A stretch of 64,000 nucleotides of DNA from a virus. Lineage: Duplodnaviria; Heunggongvirae; Uroviricota; Caudoviricetes. The stretch spans positions 448,001 through 512,000 of IMG/VR virus record IMGVR_UViG_3300020045_008999. The stretch is one strand, 5' to 3'. This document shows positions 9,147 through 19,556 of this stretch, piece after piece (the stretch's first letter is position 1; every line of letters starts with the position of its first letter). The translations under genes were made by a program, and so were the position numbers. The notes beneath the pieces were generated by a model. That model was not told the origin of the DNA, did not search any database, and worked only from the letters and a program-made list of their open reading frames with translations.

Positions 9147-9665
9147 TTATCCAAAATCAATGTCGAAATAATCAAAATTTACTCCATTTGCACTTACTTC
9201 CAATTCATCATGTCTTAGTAATTGATATTCGAAATACCTACCACATCTAAACAATGAACGAATAAATTGTATATTTTCAGAATCTTTATTAATGAGATCA
9301 ACGTTTACCATTAGGCATATTTCCTTACGATTATCTTCCGGAATATATCCTACAATGTCATCAGCATTATTCTTATTGGTACGATCTTTTCCATATGAAA
9401 TGAATTTAACATCTAATACCTCATCATTCACTGTATAAGTAATTTTCACATCATCATTACTTACTAAACTATGGTCTTCTTCTCGCAGAAATACTCGTAT
9501 ATATGCATAAGTTGCCTGTTCTTGGGTTATTTCGGATTTGGTATGGCGGCGATAATCCACGAAGTTCGCATCATCTAGATTAATTTCTTGTATAGCAGAT
9601 TGTAATGATTTTAGTCGGTTTGGTATTTCTTTGCGCTCTGGGAATTCGGCATCATCGATATTCAT
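9147..9665 (-). CDS. Hypothetical protein
   Basis: 172 aa ORF. Confidence 0.65.
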   Translation of the reverse strand: MNIDDAEFPERKEIPNRLKSLQSAIQEINLDDANFVDYRRHTKSEITQEQATYAYIRVFLREEDHSLVSNDDVKITYTVNDEVLDVKFISYGKDRTNKNNADDIVGYIPEDNRKEICLMVNVDLINKDSENIQFIRSLFRCGRYFEYQLLRHDELEVSANGVNFDYFDIDFG

Positions 9666-9751
9666 AATATTATTTTTATTTAGAGTTTATATCATATAAG
9701 TATAATTTAGTTTATATTTATTTAATATATACATGAAAACTATCACTCAAT

Positions 9752-10507
9752 ATGATCTATCGATTTAATGAACACAAAGAGGAAAATAATGAAGAACGTT
9801 ATAGGCCTATACATTCATTTACCATAAAAGATAAACTTTCTGATAAAATATGGGAAACCGACGACATAATTATGGAGCCGATTCGAGAACAATTACTGAC
9901 AATTGCAAATGATTTATTTGATAAATTAGAACTTGATATTAAATTGGAAGATATTATATTAACCGGATCATTGGCAAATTACAATCATTCCGAATATAGC
10001 GATTTCGATATACACCTATTATTAGACTTCAAATTAATCAATAATGATTATGAGTTTGTTCGCAAGTATGCCGACTCAATTGCAGCCGTATGGAATTTAC
10101 AACACGAAATTGTAATAGCGGGATATGATGTCGAAGTTTACTTACAAGATATAAATGAAATACACAATTCTACCGGTCAATATTCATTGTTAAATAACCA
10201 GTGGAATATAAAACCAGAAATATCAAATTTTAAACCGGATGAAGAGTTAATCAAGATAAAATCAAAAAGTATTATGGACCGCATCGATGAAATTTCTAAA
10301 AGTTATGAAGATGGTCTCGATTATGAAACCTTGATCACCGATATCAAACGAATTTTTAAAAAAATAAAAGATGGTAGAAAATCTGGTCTAGTAAGGGAGG
10401 GTGAATACTCAATTGAGAATTTAGTTTTTAAGTTACTTAGAAGAAATGGTTATATTGAGAAAATAATCGATATAAGAAGAGAATCATATGATAAAAAATT
10501 CAAATAA
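9752..10507 (+). CDS. Pol-beta-superfamily nucleotidyltransferase
   Basis: LTGSLANYNHSEYSDFDIH (GS-x-DxD) and DVEVY; N-terminus MIYRFNE. Confidence 0.8.
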   Translation: MIYRFNEHKEENNEERYRPIHSFTIKDKLSDKIWETDDIIMEPIREQLLTIANDLFDKLELDIKLEDIILTGSLANYNHSEYSDFDIHLLLDFKLINNDYEFVRKYADSIAAVWNLQHEIVIAGYDVEVYLQDINEIHNSTGQYSLLNNQWNIKPEISNFKPDEELIKIKSKSIMDRIDEISKSYEDGLDYETLITDIKRIFKKIKDGRKSGLVREGEYSIENLVFKLLRRNGYIEKIIDIRRESYDKKFK

Positions 10508-10512
10508 AACAG

Positions 10513-11196
10513 ATGACATTACTAGAGATTGAAAATACCTTTAAGGAAATATTTAGAGAAGATGAAGGATTGGTAAAAACGGTAGATACTGTTTACGAAA
10601 AAACCAATGATGGTGAATTGAAATTAGTAATTTCAATTCATGGCCTTAGCGTGGAAGATACTATTATCATACATACTAAATTCATATTCAGAGTAGATGA
10701 TCAAAAAACAAAATTATTGGATAATTCATTCACATACTTATATGATATTAACTGTTTTTATCACAAAGTTGAATTCAGAAACGTGATCGATATGAAGCAT
10801 AAAATTGAACAAATTATAGATTCGAACAATTTTGGTCAAGATTTACAGCTACTATCAGACTTCATAGAAGCACCAGCCACTTTCCTAAACCATTACTTAC
10901 GCCAGTCTAAGATTACCGATTATTCGATATTCAGTGTCATATATGAACCAAAATTTAAAATAGTACCTTGTCACGAATTATCATTTGATTTTGATATAAA
11001 TATTAATGATAACTATACCATAAATCTAATTATACGCAAGACTGATAAAAAAACCCCAGAAGATATTAATAAATACTCACTGAAGTTAAAGATGTTAGAT
11101 CAAACAATTAGCGAAGAAGTTGATACACTTTTAAATTTACACGCGACCATTGGATCGTGTATTGCTAACATTTTAGATAAAAAATTAAACCAATAA
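10513..11196 (+). CDS. Hypothetical protein
   Basis: 227 aa ORF in the operon. Confidence 0.7.
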   Translation: MTLLEIENTFKEIFREDEGLVKTVDTVYEKTNDGELKLVISIHGLSVEDTIIIHTKFIFRVDDQKTKLLDNSFTYLYDINCFYHKVEFRNVIDMKHKIEQIIDSNNFGQDLQLLSDFIEAPATFLNHYLRQSKITDYSIFSVIYEPKFKIVPCHELSFDFDININDNYTINLIIRKTDKKTPEDINKYSLKLKMLDQTISEEVDTLLNLHATIGSCIANILDKKLNQ

Positions 11197-11199
11197 ATA

Positions 11200-11883
11200 A
11201 TGTTGAAGAAATTTAGAGATTTTAGTAAAATAAACGAAACATCAGAATTCAATAACCAACGAATGGGCAATGATCCTGGTTCAATTGCCGGTGGTGTGGA
11301 CGATCCTAGTTTATCTCTGAATTCATATGATAAACATCAATCAAAAATTCAACAAGGCATGTCGGTGTTGAATGGTTTAGCTATGCAAGCAAGTCCAAGC
11401 ATCAATGGTCTAAAAGGTAAATTGGCATTAGAAAATCAAAATATAGACAGTGTTAAAATACTCCGAATTGTTCCGAAAAATTTAATAAAATATGATGCAT
11501 ATATCACATTTGTTATACAAAATATTGAATATTGGGGAATGGTTGAAGATATTACGTCAAGAGATGCAGTGTTAACTAGTGAAGTTTTCAATGATCAGGG
11601 CCTAATACAAAGTACTGAGTGGATTATTCGGACAAAGGGGACCATAATTAAAGCAATAAATGAATGGATGTGTCCGAAAGAGGGTAGTTATACATTATTA
11701 ATAGATGATATAAAATGTAATAATAATGCTACTGGTGAATATACCTCTATTGAAAAAAATACAGTTGTTGAAGTTATACGTTCACACGACAACACAATAC
11801 TAATCAGTGTGAATAACGAACGATTCACACTGAGTGGTAAAAATTATATTTATTTCAATTGGTGGTTTTCACCGGTTGATTAA
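11200..11883 (+). CDS. Putative virion/head-internal protein
   Basis: N-terminus MLKKFRDFSKINE matches the shared targeting-like peptide. Confidence 0.6.
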   Translation: MLKKFRDFSKINETSEFNNQRMGNDPGSIAGGVDDPSLSLNSYDKHQSKIQQGMSVLNGLAMQASPSINGLKGKLALENQNIDSVKILRIVPKNLIKYDAYITFVIQNIEYWGMVEDITSRDAVLTSEVFNDQGLIQSTEWIIRTKGTIIKAINEWMCPKEGSYTLLIDDIKCNNNATGEYTSIEKNTVVEVIRSHDNTILISVNNERFTLSGKNYIYFNWWFSPVD

Positions 11884-13532
11884 ATTTGAATAACCTCTAG
11901 GTGAATTTTAATGCGTTGGATATTTCCCGACATTTCTCTAAACCCAAGACGAAATTGTGTGGATGAGATTGGTTTGAACACAATTTGTGCAAGGTCATTA
12001 TCAAGATCCATATTTGAAGAATCACTTTGTATGAAGCTTCTAACATAGTAATTAGTCCCAACCATGGGATTTGCAATAGTCACCAATACAAACGAATCTG
12101 ATCCAGAACTTGAAATTTGCGCGGCTGCAATCACATCACCACTAACACCTAATGTAGTCGCTGATGAGTTAACATCAAAAAATGCAAACCATCCCACATT
12201 TCGGGTCTTATCAATTTTCGCAAAATATTCCTTAGGCATTAAGCCATTTTTCACAGATGACGCTACATAATTCACATCTGATAACATAGCCGGTATCGAA
12301 CGGGTGGTAACCATTCCACTTTCACTTACCAACATTTCATCACTTACCGATGTTGAATTTCCGACATTACCAATTCGCATCACCCCAAGTTTATCAATGC
12401 TAAGCAAATCAAATCCAGTGGAAACCAAACGAACATTGATACCTTCGTTTCCACTACTACCAGTGGTCCTAGCAACTTGACCTATAAATATTCCATTGGT
12501 AACATTTCCTATATTTTTACAGATAATACCAGCTCCAAGTACTTGTGTATTAGTAGGTAGTACACTTTCAGTGTTTTCTATCTTTAAAATTGGTCCACTA
12601 CCATTCACAAATGCACCTAACACATCAACGGTATAACCTGGAGCTTTATTATTAACACCAATTCTACTGTTAGCAGAGTCTATTGTTAAATTATAAGCCA
12701 GTTCACTACCAAAATGTTGCTTATTCACAAATGGATCTCTCTCCCAAAACGTTTTTGTAGTTCCCGGTGTCCCGAATGAGGCATCAACCGAAATAGCATT
12801 GTGGTAAGTAAAACTACTCCAGTTATTACCAGTGGCTGATCGCTTGGCAAATTCTTGTATATATACGTCATTGCCCACATTTGCTTTCACACTTGTTAGC
12901 TTACTATATGCATTCAAAGTGGTACCTAAATCAACCAGTGGTGACACCGCGAATATACCACTTACTACGAAATCTGTATATCCAATAGTCATACGTGGAA
13001 TCATCGATGATACACTTCCGGGCACACGATTATTTATACCGATTACACCATTTGAAAAATAAAAACTAGCAGAACCTCTGACATTCGAATCTATAGCACC
13101 CCCATTTAACCAGTTATCAGAAATAACATTACTAGTTGAGTTGCTAGAAAAGTACATAGGCACCCCAGTACCAATATTTGAATTTATTTGCAATTCCGAT
13201 TTTGGGCTAATTGCATTTATCCCTAAATAACCATTAGTACCAGAGTTGATATTAAGATGTATAAATGTTGCCGCAATTGTGGACCCAGTATTCCAATATG
13301 CCAATGTATTCAAAATTCCAGTACCTACTGAATAATCACCAACTACTACCCAGTTCTGAGTCACATCATTCCAGGTATAGGTTTTGCGATCGTCGATTTG
13401 AAAAACAGTTAAGTTATCATAGCGATATGTGAGTGGTATCGAATTTCTCTCGACCGCATTAGCAACCAATGTTCTCCCATCAATTGGTTTTTTTACATTT
13501 ATATTAAAATTATCTATTAATGAAATTGACAT
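11880..13532 (-). CDS. Putative tail fibre / virion structural protein
   Basis: PIDGR N-terminal motif, GIN..P repeats, G/S/T/N-rich beta composition. Confidence 0.6.
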   Translation of the reverse strand: MSISLIDNFNINVKKPIDGRTLVANAVERNSIPLTYRYDNLTVFQIDDRKTYTWNDVTQNWVVVGDYSVGTGILNTLAYWNTGSTIAATFIHLNINSGTNGYLGINAISPKSELQINSNIGTGVPMYFSSNSTSNVISDNWLNGGAIDSNVRGSASFYFSNGVIGINNRVPGSVSSMIPRMTIGYTDFVVSGIFAVSPLVDLGTTLNAYSKLTSVKANVGNDVYIQEFAKRSATGNNWSSFTYHNAISVDASFGTPGTTKTFWERDPFVNKQHFGSELAYNLTIDSANSRIGVNNKAPGYTVDVLGAFVNGSGPILKIENTESVLPTNTQVLGAGIICKNIGNVTNGIFIGQVARTTGSSGNEGINVRLVSTGFDLLSIDKLGVMRIGNVGNSTSVSDEMLVSESGMVTTRSIPAMLSDVNYVASSVKNGLMPKEYFAKIDKTRNVGWFAFFDVNSSATTLGVSGDVIAAAQISSSGSDSFVLVTIANPMVGTNYYVRSFIQSDSSNMDLDNDLAQIVFKPISSTQFRLGFREMSGNIQRIKIHLEVIQI

Positions 13533-13535
13533 GGA

Positions 13536-15179
13536 TTAGTGTTTTATTTTATATGTTGCTCGGAAGCTATTGTTCAAATCACCAACAGTGGTTAGATTTG
13601 GGGTATTTAGGGTGGGTGTGTATACATAAACAACGTAAGGAACATTCGTCCATTTAGAGTTTGTGGTTAAATTCAGGTCATATTTGGTAAACGAGTTTAT
13701 GAATTCGAAGCCAGAATATGTTATACTACTAACCTCTGTGACTAGTGGACCACTCACATATTCATATTTAGGATGCATATAATAAATACAAACATTATTC
13801 CCAACAAAGTCAAAATCTTGCTCGTCGAATATATTAGTGACTATCTTTCTAATCCCAACAGTTTGTGTGGTAACCAATGAATTAATCAAGACATCAATCC
13901 CAACTTTGGTATTTGTAGCAGTCGCAGATGTTCCCCACATAAATGGATATACTTTGTTCAAATAAACCGAACTAGATACCTCGGTACCAGTATTATCAGT
14001 TACTCTAATTGTAAATTCTTTTCGGCGATCAGTTGCAACTACGCTAGTTGGTATAGATATGGGTGATGTACTGGTATATGATGTATTTAGCGGGGTTCCA
14101 ATTATCGGGAAATTTGCTAAGTTTATTGGGTTTATCGTGTTGATATTATTAGACTTTTTCACTATACTAAACACATATTGAATTGAGGTTATATCCCCAT
14201 ATTCATAAATTATTTCACTAGTTCCATTTGTACTATTGTTTGGTGAAATTAGTATAGTGAGCTCCGTTGTCGGTTGTACATACATATATAATAATCGATT
14301 TATAACGTTTTCAAATGTTGCATTTACAAATAAATCACCGGCCATAATACCACCAATATCATATGGCACTGGGATAGGCAACTGATCATCATCTACAGGT
14401 GACGTATATAACAAAGGCACTTCAATGTCATTAGTTGTAATTTTAACTGGGAATCCAGTAATAGATGCTTCGCCATCAGAATATATACTATTGACAGTAC
14501 CATCTTCACTAAGCTCAACTCGACCCTTTATGTGATCATATCTAAGAACCTGGTTATGATAATCAGACAATTCAGATGGATCATAATATTTATTATAGGC
14601 CAACCCATTTATAAATATATTACCCCCAAATTGAGTTGCCCCGGTCGCACCCATTCCTACTGTACCGGCACTTAGTTCAATGTTACCATAGTTGATACCA
14701 TCACTTGTGGAACTGTTAACGATAACCAAATTTGAATAACTCGCACCGACAATGAATTTTGATTCAATGTATGGTGCAGAATTGTGTAATATGTCACCCA
14801 TACCAGATAATATTGAAATTCTGGTATTCTGAGTCACATTGTCCGATTTATTATTATAAAAATAAAAATCAGTTAAGTTAGAAGCCATCAATGAGCTAGT
14901 CATTATGTCAGTATTCGAATATTTTCGTTTACCAAAATACATAGTTTCTTTATTATCAGAATTCCCACCAGATCCGGAATACCCAATAAAATTTCGTAAA
15001 TTATCAGAAGTTTTAGTAAATTTAAATGGAATGTTTTCCCATAATGTATAAACCGCATCTCTCACATCTTTAGGGGACACCATCTTAGCAGTATTATCTG
15101 GAATTTGTGATAATATTTGGCTTATATCATTTAAATTTGAACTCTCAATTGGGAATGTATATGAACTATATGTTGACAT
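13536..15179 (-). CDS. Putative virion structural protein
   Basis: 547 aa S/T/N-rich ORF upstream of the tail-fibre-like gene; late-type motif at 15202-15212. Confidence 0.55.
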   Translation of the reverse strand: MSTYSSYTFPIESSNLNDISQILSQIPDNTAKMVSPKDVRDAVYTLWENIPFKFTKTSDNLRNFIGYSGSGGNSDNKETMYFGKRKYSNTDIMTSSLMASNLTDFYFYNNKSDNVTQNTRISILSGMGDILHNSAPYIESKFIVGASYSNLVIVNSSTSDGINYGNIELSAGTVGMGATGATQFGGNIFINGLAYNKYYDPSELSDYHNQVLRYDHIKGRVELSEDGTVNSIYSDGEASITGFPVKITTNDIEVPLLYTSPVDDDQLPIPVPYDIGGIMAGDLFVNATFENVINRLLYMYVQPTTELTILISPNNSTNGTSEIIYEYGDITSIQYVFSIVKKSNNINTINPINLANFPIIGTPLNTSYTSTSPISIPTSVVATDRRKEFTIRVTDNTGTEVSSSVYLNKVYPFMWGTSATATNTKVGIDVLINSLVTTQTVGIRKIVTNIFDEQDFDFVGNNVCIYYMHPKYEYVSGPLVTEVSSITYSGFEFINSFTKYDLNLTTNSKWTNVPYVVYVYTPTLNTPNLTTVGDLNNSFRATYKIKH

Positions 15180-15207
15180 CTATAAGATATTGATTTTTAT
15201 GTATATA

Positions 15208-15774
15208 TTAAAAATTGATATAGTCCTTTATTTTCATTAGCATATAATCAGTGATCAAGTCAGATGGGTTTAGACTATTTAAGTATTTCGTATCAACCTT
15301 AACCGATTTACTTTTACCCTCAGCAACACTTCCATCACCATCAGCTGCCACTTCTGTATAGTCACGCTCGGTCAATTGAATGATAGCAGCATGGTATTTA
15401 TTAACATGTCCTTTAGTCATAAATAATGGCTTTAAGAATTCAATGTTGAAATCTGGGCGGATTATAATCCCTGCTTCTTCCTGAATTTCTCGCAACAATG
15501 ATTCCTCAGGGGTTTCGTTTTCTTCCATAGATCCACAAATTAAGGTAAGGTGATACTCCTGACCATCGCGATACTTAAAGGTTGGTATATATTCTTCGCG
15601 AACAACTATTTTATTTAAATCAATTAGATAAATTATACAAACCACTACATCACTTTCACTAACCAGTGACCAATCTTCATATCCAATTATTTTAATATAT
15701 CCATCATCATATTTGACATCATCCTTAGAAATTTCAACTGTTGTATCAGCTTTTATATTAGTAAATTTTTCCAT
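15208..15774 (-). CDS. Nudix hydrolase (ADP-ribose pyrophosphatase-like)
   Basis: Complete Nudix box GSMEENETPEESLLREIQEEAGI. Confidence 0.9.
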   Translation of the reverse strand: MEKFTNIKADTTVEISKDDVKYDDGYIKIIGYEDWSLVSESDVVVCIIYLIDLNKIVVREEYIPTFKYRDGQEYHLTLICGSMEENETPEESLLREIQEEAGIIIRPDFNIEFLKPLFMTKGHVNKYHAAIIQLTERDYTEVAADGDGSVAEGKSKSVKVDTKYLNSLNPSDLITDYMLMKIKDYINF

Positions 15775-15841
15775 ATATCAAATAGTTTTCTTGTATATAT
15801 TAAATAAAATCACTATCTTTACTAAAATAAATAAATTTATT

Positions 15842-16084
15842 ATGAGATTTTTAATATTTTTATGGAATATTCCAATGCTGTTAATCCGGTTTTTTGGTAG
15901 TATATTGGTCGAATGCACTATATTTACTATTCTGTACCTATCAGTATCGCCAATTATCGGTGGATTTTGGTCATGGATTTTAGCTGCAGTATTTATATGT
16001 TGGGTAGTTATAGATTGTATTCTCAGAATAGTAGTCGGGGGATCTGCCAGTATCATAAGATACATTTTCTCGTTTACCCAATAA
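15842..16084 (+). CDS. Small membrane protein
   Basis: MRFLIFLWNIPM... with two or more hydrophobic segments; start moved to ATG 15842. Confidence 0.5.
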   Translation: MRFLIFLWNIPMLLIRFFGSILVECTIFTILYLSVSPIIGGFWSWILAAVFICWVVIDCILRIVVGGSASIIRYIFSFTQ

Positions 16085-16619
16085 TGTCCATTATTCGGGC
16101 ATTTCTAAATTCGACAATATATTTTTGATAATTGTCCAAATGTTCTTTATACCTAGTTATCAGTGTATAAAATTCAGAAGAAATCATTATACTTCTTTGT
16201 TCCAATTCAAACTCACAATCAATTCCGCCCGAATCTACAATTCGCACATCACCATCCTCCACATCCGGTGAAATTTTAAGTATAATATTATAGTTAACAA
16301 ATGCAGAATCATCGGCTAATATATTAGCAATAATTTTATCATACAATCGACTACCCAACGTTGTCATATAAATTTCATCACTCCCAACTTCCTGAAAATT
16401 AATATAATATCGTTGGTAATTTACCCATTGCATACAATACACCGAATGTTCATCATTATTGTTGTGGTTAAATAAAGTTTTTATCAGGTTTATGTTTCGT
16501 TCAGAAACTACATATATATTGTCATCAATACTAATATACCTAATGCAATGCAAATGCTCACCTATTTTATTAGGTATTATCTTTATTTCTTTCCCATTAA
16601 ATTTGGACAATGCTATCAT
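16074..16619 (-). CDS. Hypothetical protein with C-terminal R-x3-I-x2-II motif
   Basis: Ends ...FRNARIMDIIG. Confidence 0.6.
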   Translation of the reverse strand: MIALSKFNGKEIKIIPNKIGEHLHCIRYISIDDNIYVVSERNINLIKTLFNHNNNDEHSVYCMQWVNYQRYYINFQEVGSDEIYMTTLGSRLYDKIIANILADDSAFVNYNIILKISPDVEDGDVRIVDSGGIDCEFELEQRSIMISSEFYTLITRYKEHLDNYQKYIVEFRNARIMDIIG

Positions 16620-16930
16620 TAATATAAAAATTTACGCCCTTCTTCTACATAATTAGATAATTCACTATTTATTTTAGCAATAATTTCAAGTGAGTCATTT
16701 AATTTGGATCCCAGTAATTCAAGATTAATACTAGCATCGTCAATTTGGTCATTTGTCTTCGCTGACTTACTACGATACTTTGATAATTCCATGTATAACT
16801 CATTAACAGTTCGTTGAGTATCTTCGATTGTCTGCAAAACCACCGACATTTCATCGCTAATTTCACCAACCCGTTCATTTGATATATCAACCAAATCGTC
16901 AATACTTTCGTTATACTTTAGAATTTTCAT
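16619..16930 (-). CDS. Coiled-coil protein, putative head-internal
   Basis: N-terminus MKILKYNES; heptad pattern. Confidence 0.6.
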   Translation of the reverse strand: MKILKYNESIDDLVDISNERVGEISDEMSVVLQTIEDTQRTVNELYMELSKYRSKSAKTNDQIDDASINLELLGSKLNDSLEIIAKINSELSNYVEEGRKFLY

Positions 16931-16960
16931 ACATTACTGATTATATTTAAGGTATATATA

Positions 16961-16992
16961 AAAAAAAAGTGGTGACATATATCACCACTTTT
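16961..16992 (-). terminator. Intrinsic terminator after clpP
   Basis: AAAAGTGGTGA-catata-TCACCACTTTT with A8 run. Confidence 0.7.
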
Positions 16993-17014
16993 CAGTTTAC
17001 ATTATTAGCCAATG

Positions 17015-17734
17015 TTATTCTTGACTGACTTCTTTATAATATTCTTCCCATCCCTCCATTTGAGTACTAATACTTGGGTTAGTAGCAACACCAACAACTT
17101 CATCGATCAACCCAAAAGCTAATGCTTCATCAGAATTGTACCATTTGTCGCGATTAGATGCATTATACACGTCCTTGAAATCTTTACCACAATTTGCTGC
17201 AATTTTTTTCATCAAGAGAAAGTTGTGTTTTTCAGTTTCTCTATGACTAATTCTATTATCAGCAACATGTCCTTGTGAGCCAGAACTTGCTTGATGTACC
17301 ATAACACGTGAACTTATCAATGAACTACGCTTTCCCTTTGTACCATTAGATAAAATTACGGCACCCATAGAAGCTGCCATACCAACACAAATCGTAGCAA
17401 CATCTGGTTTTATAAGATCCATGGTGTCACACATACCATTCCCAGCTATCACACTTCCGCCCGGACTAGAAAGGTTTATAGTTATATCCTGTGCTGACAT
17501 TGACTCTAAGTACAAAAGTTGTGCCTGTACAATACTTGCCATATCATCATTCACCGCACCAAATATCCACAACATACGATCTTTCATCATCCTACTAAAG
17601 ATGTCCATCTGAGTAACATTTAGGTTACGTTCCTCTAAAATGTAAGGGGTTGTGTAATTCTCGTAATAATGCATTTGCATACTGGATATGCCACTTGATA
17701 GTGCATATCGTCTAAAGTCTTTACCGTATTCCAT
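17015..17734 (-). CDS. clpP: ATP-dependent Clp protease proteolytic subunit
   Basis: DIFSRMMKDR, AQLLYL, SPGGSV, GMAASMG (Ser), MVHQ (His), RDKW..EALAFGLID; TATATTTG promoter at 17760-17767. Confidence 0.95.
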   Translation of the reverse strand: MEYGKDFRRYALSSGISSMQMHYYENYTTPYILEERNLNVTQMDIFSRMMKDRMLWIFGAVNDDMASIVQAQLLYLESMSAQDITINLSSPGGSVIAGNGMCDTMDLIKPDVATICVGMAASMGAVILSNGTKGKRSSLISSRVMVHQASSGSQGHVADNRISHRETEKHNFLLMKKIAANCGKDFKDVYNASNRDKWYNSDEALAFGLIDEVVGVATNPSISTQMEGWEEYYKEVSQE

Positions 17735-17827
17735 ATTTATAATATATTTGTTTAAAATACAAATATAAATTCTTTTTACGAGAATAAAAAATTAATATAT
17801 AACTAAAATATAAAAATATCATTTAAG

Positions 17828-18049
17828 ATGGGACATATTAAAAAATTTGAAGACTTTTCGTTTGCAGATGCACCAACAAAAGAACCAGCGGTTAAACCAA
17901 GCGTTAAACCAGCAACACCAGGTGTTAGACCAAACAGACCTAGTCCAATCAGAAGAACCATGCCAGCGGTAAAACCCGCCCCTAAAGCGGAACTACCAGA
18001 AGCTTCAATTGAGGATGTAGTGGCTAAATATATCGAATTAACAAAATAG
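17828..18049 (+). CDS. Small Pro-rich putative head-internal protein
   Basis: MGHIKKFEDF N-terminus; PAVKP repeats; TTAATATATA at 17792-17801. Confidence 0.65.
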   Translation: MGHIKKFEDFSFADAPTKEPAVKPSVKPATPGVRPNRPSPIRRTMPAVKPAPKAELPEASIEDVVAKYIELTK

Positions 18050-18056
18050 TAGTAAT

Positions 18057-19550
18057 ATGAAAAATTTTAAAAAGTTTCTAGAAGAAATATCCATAGAGGG
18101 TAACCCAGGGGTTCCAGGTGAAAATGGCAAACAAGTTGGTGATTCTGATTATTTAAAAAATATTGAGTTACGTGCCAAAGAAAGACTTAACATAGAAGGT
18201 GAAAGCGAGCAAAATGGGGATATGTGGAAATATATCCACAAACTAATGGGCGAATTAGTACCAGTAGTACATAGAATGTCAAGAGGAAAAGAAGCAGAAC
18301 TGGAAGCACTAGCAACCGCTGCCATTTTAGATCAATACGGGGAAATTTTAGATGGTGTTGAATTAGATATAAAATTTGGAAATCCAGGTGAGAATTTTAA
18401 AAAAACTCAGGAAGAAGAGGAAGAAGAGGAAGAAATGCCGGAACCACCAAAATTTAACGAAATTACCAACAAAGATTTATTAGATAAAATCCACCGAGCT
18501 AAAATATATAACAATATCATCCAGGGTGAGGCAATCAATACCAAAACAATGTTCCATAGTGAATTTCTAAGAAATGGTATAATTGATATATTTGGACCTG
18601 TAGATGGCCCCATTTATATTAACACACTGGGTGAAATCTCAGAAACTGCTAGTAAACTAGACTGGTTGGCCACCGAAGGCCCAAAGGCAGCCGCGATGGA
18701 ACAAACTAAAGAATCTGGTATGGGCTTTGCAGGTTCGGTAAAAGTCGAATGGAAGCCGAAGAAAGACAAAGCTTCTGACGAGAATGAAGCAGAAGAAGTA
18801 GTTGCAGAAGAAGAAATTGATTATGCAGAAACAGATGAAATAACCCCAATTATTCGTGTAAGAGCGATTGACTTTTCTATGTTGTTACATGAAGCAGTTA
18901 AGGGAATATATGAATTAATAGCAGCAGTGAGTGTACCAGAAATCGGTGCCGATCCAAAAGATATTGAAGACTTCCAAACGGTAAAGGTAAATGTTTCATC
19001 AATGTTGGATGAAGTTGCAGACTTCAAAACTGGTCCAGAAATTGCTGCGGATTTTAGAGATTTCATAAACGAAAATCCAAAAAGTGAAAAAGTGAAAAAC
19101 ATCAGGGCTTTTGTATTTGGAAAACTATGTGATCCAAATTATATGACCGCTGGTGAATTTTTAGAATTTTTCAGAGGGGTATTAAACAACACCCCAAGTG
19201 CTCGTAAAAAAATGGATAAAATTATCGACGAAATTATCGACGAATTAAATGATTATGATAATGACATAAACAGTGATTCAGACAATGATATTCATGATAG
19301 TGTGTATGATTTAATGAACACTGAACCTACACAAACCAATGCACCAAATGAAGAAGAATCTGATACTGATGTTGACTATTCAAAACTTAGCAAATCAGCT
19401 ATACAAGATCTAGTAGATGATGCGCTTGACAGTGGTAATATTGACTTACTTAAAAAGTTAGAACCATTCATGGAAAAAAATACATATAAAATGTACCAGA
19501 ATGAGATTAAAATGATTACCGAACGATTAATAAATATTAAAAATAAATAA
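18057..19550 (+). CDS. Acidic putative virion protein with HExxK motif
   Basis: MKNFKKFLEE N-terminus; LLHEAVKGIYE. Confidence 0.65.
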   Translation: MKNFKKFLEEISIEGNPGVPGENGKQVGDSDYLKNIELRAKERLNIEGESEQNGDMWKYIHKLMGELVPVVHRMSRGKEAELEALATAAILDQYGEILDGVELDIKFGNPGENFKKTQEEEEEEEEMPEPPKFNEITNKDLLDKIHRAKIYNNIIQGEAINTKTMFHSEFLRNGIIDIFGPVDGPIYINTLGEISETASKLDWLATEGPKAAAMEQTKESGMGFAGSVKVEWKPKKDKASDENEAEEVVAEEEIDYAETDEITPIIRVRAIDFSMLLHEAVKGIYELIAAVSVPEIGADPKDIEDFQTVKVNVSSMLDEVADFKTGPEIAADFRDFINENPKSEKVKNIRAFVFGKLCDPNYMTAGEFLEFFRGVLNNTPSARKKMDKIIDEIIDELNDYDNDINSDSDNDIHDSVYDLMNTEPTQTNAPNEEESDTDVDYSKLSKSAIQDLVDDALDSGNIDLLKKLEPFMEKNTYKMYQNEIKMITERLINIKNK

Positions 19551-19556
19551 ACACCA

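Noticed and set aside
17015-17734. Bacterial chromosome origin suggested by clpP, smpB, dnaJ, ligA and recA
   Set aside because: The genes are scattered without bacterial operon context among a prohead protease, gp46-like ATPase, UvsX-like RecA, virion proteins and many ORFans, which is typical of a huge phage.
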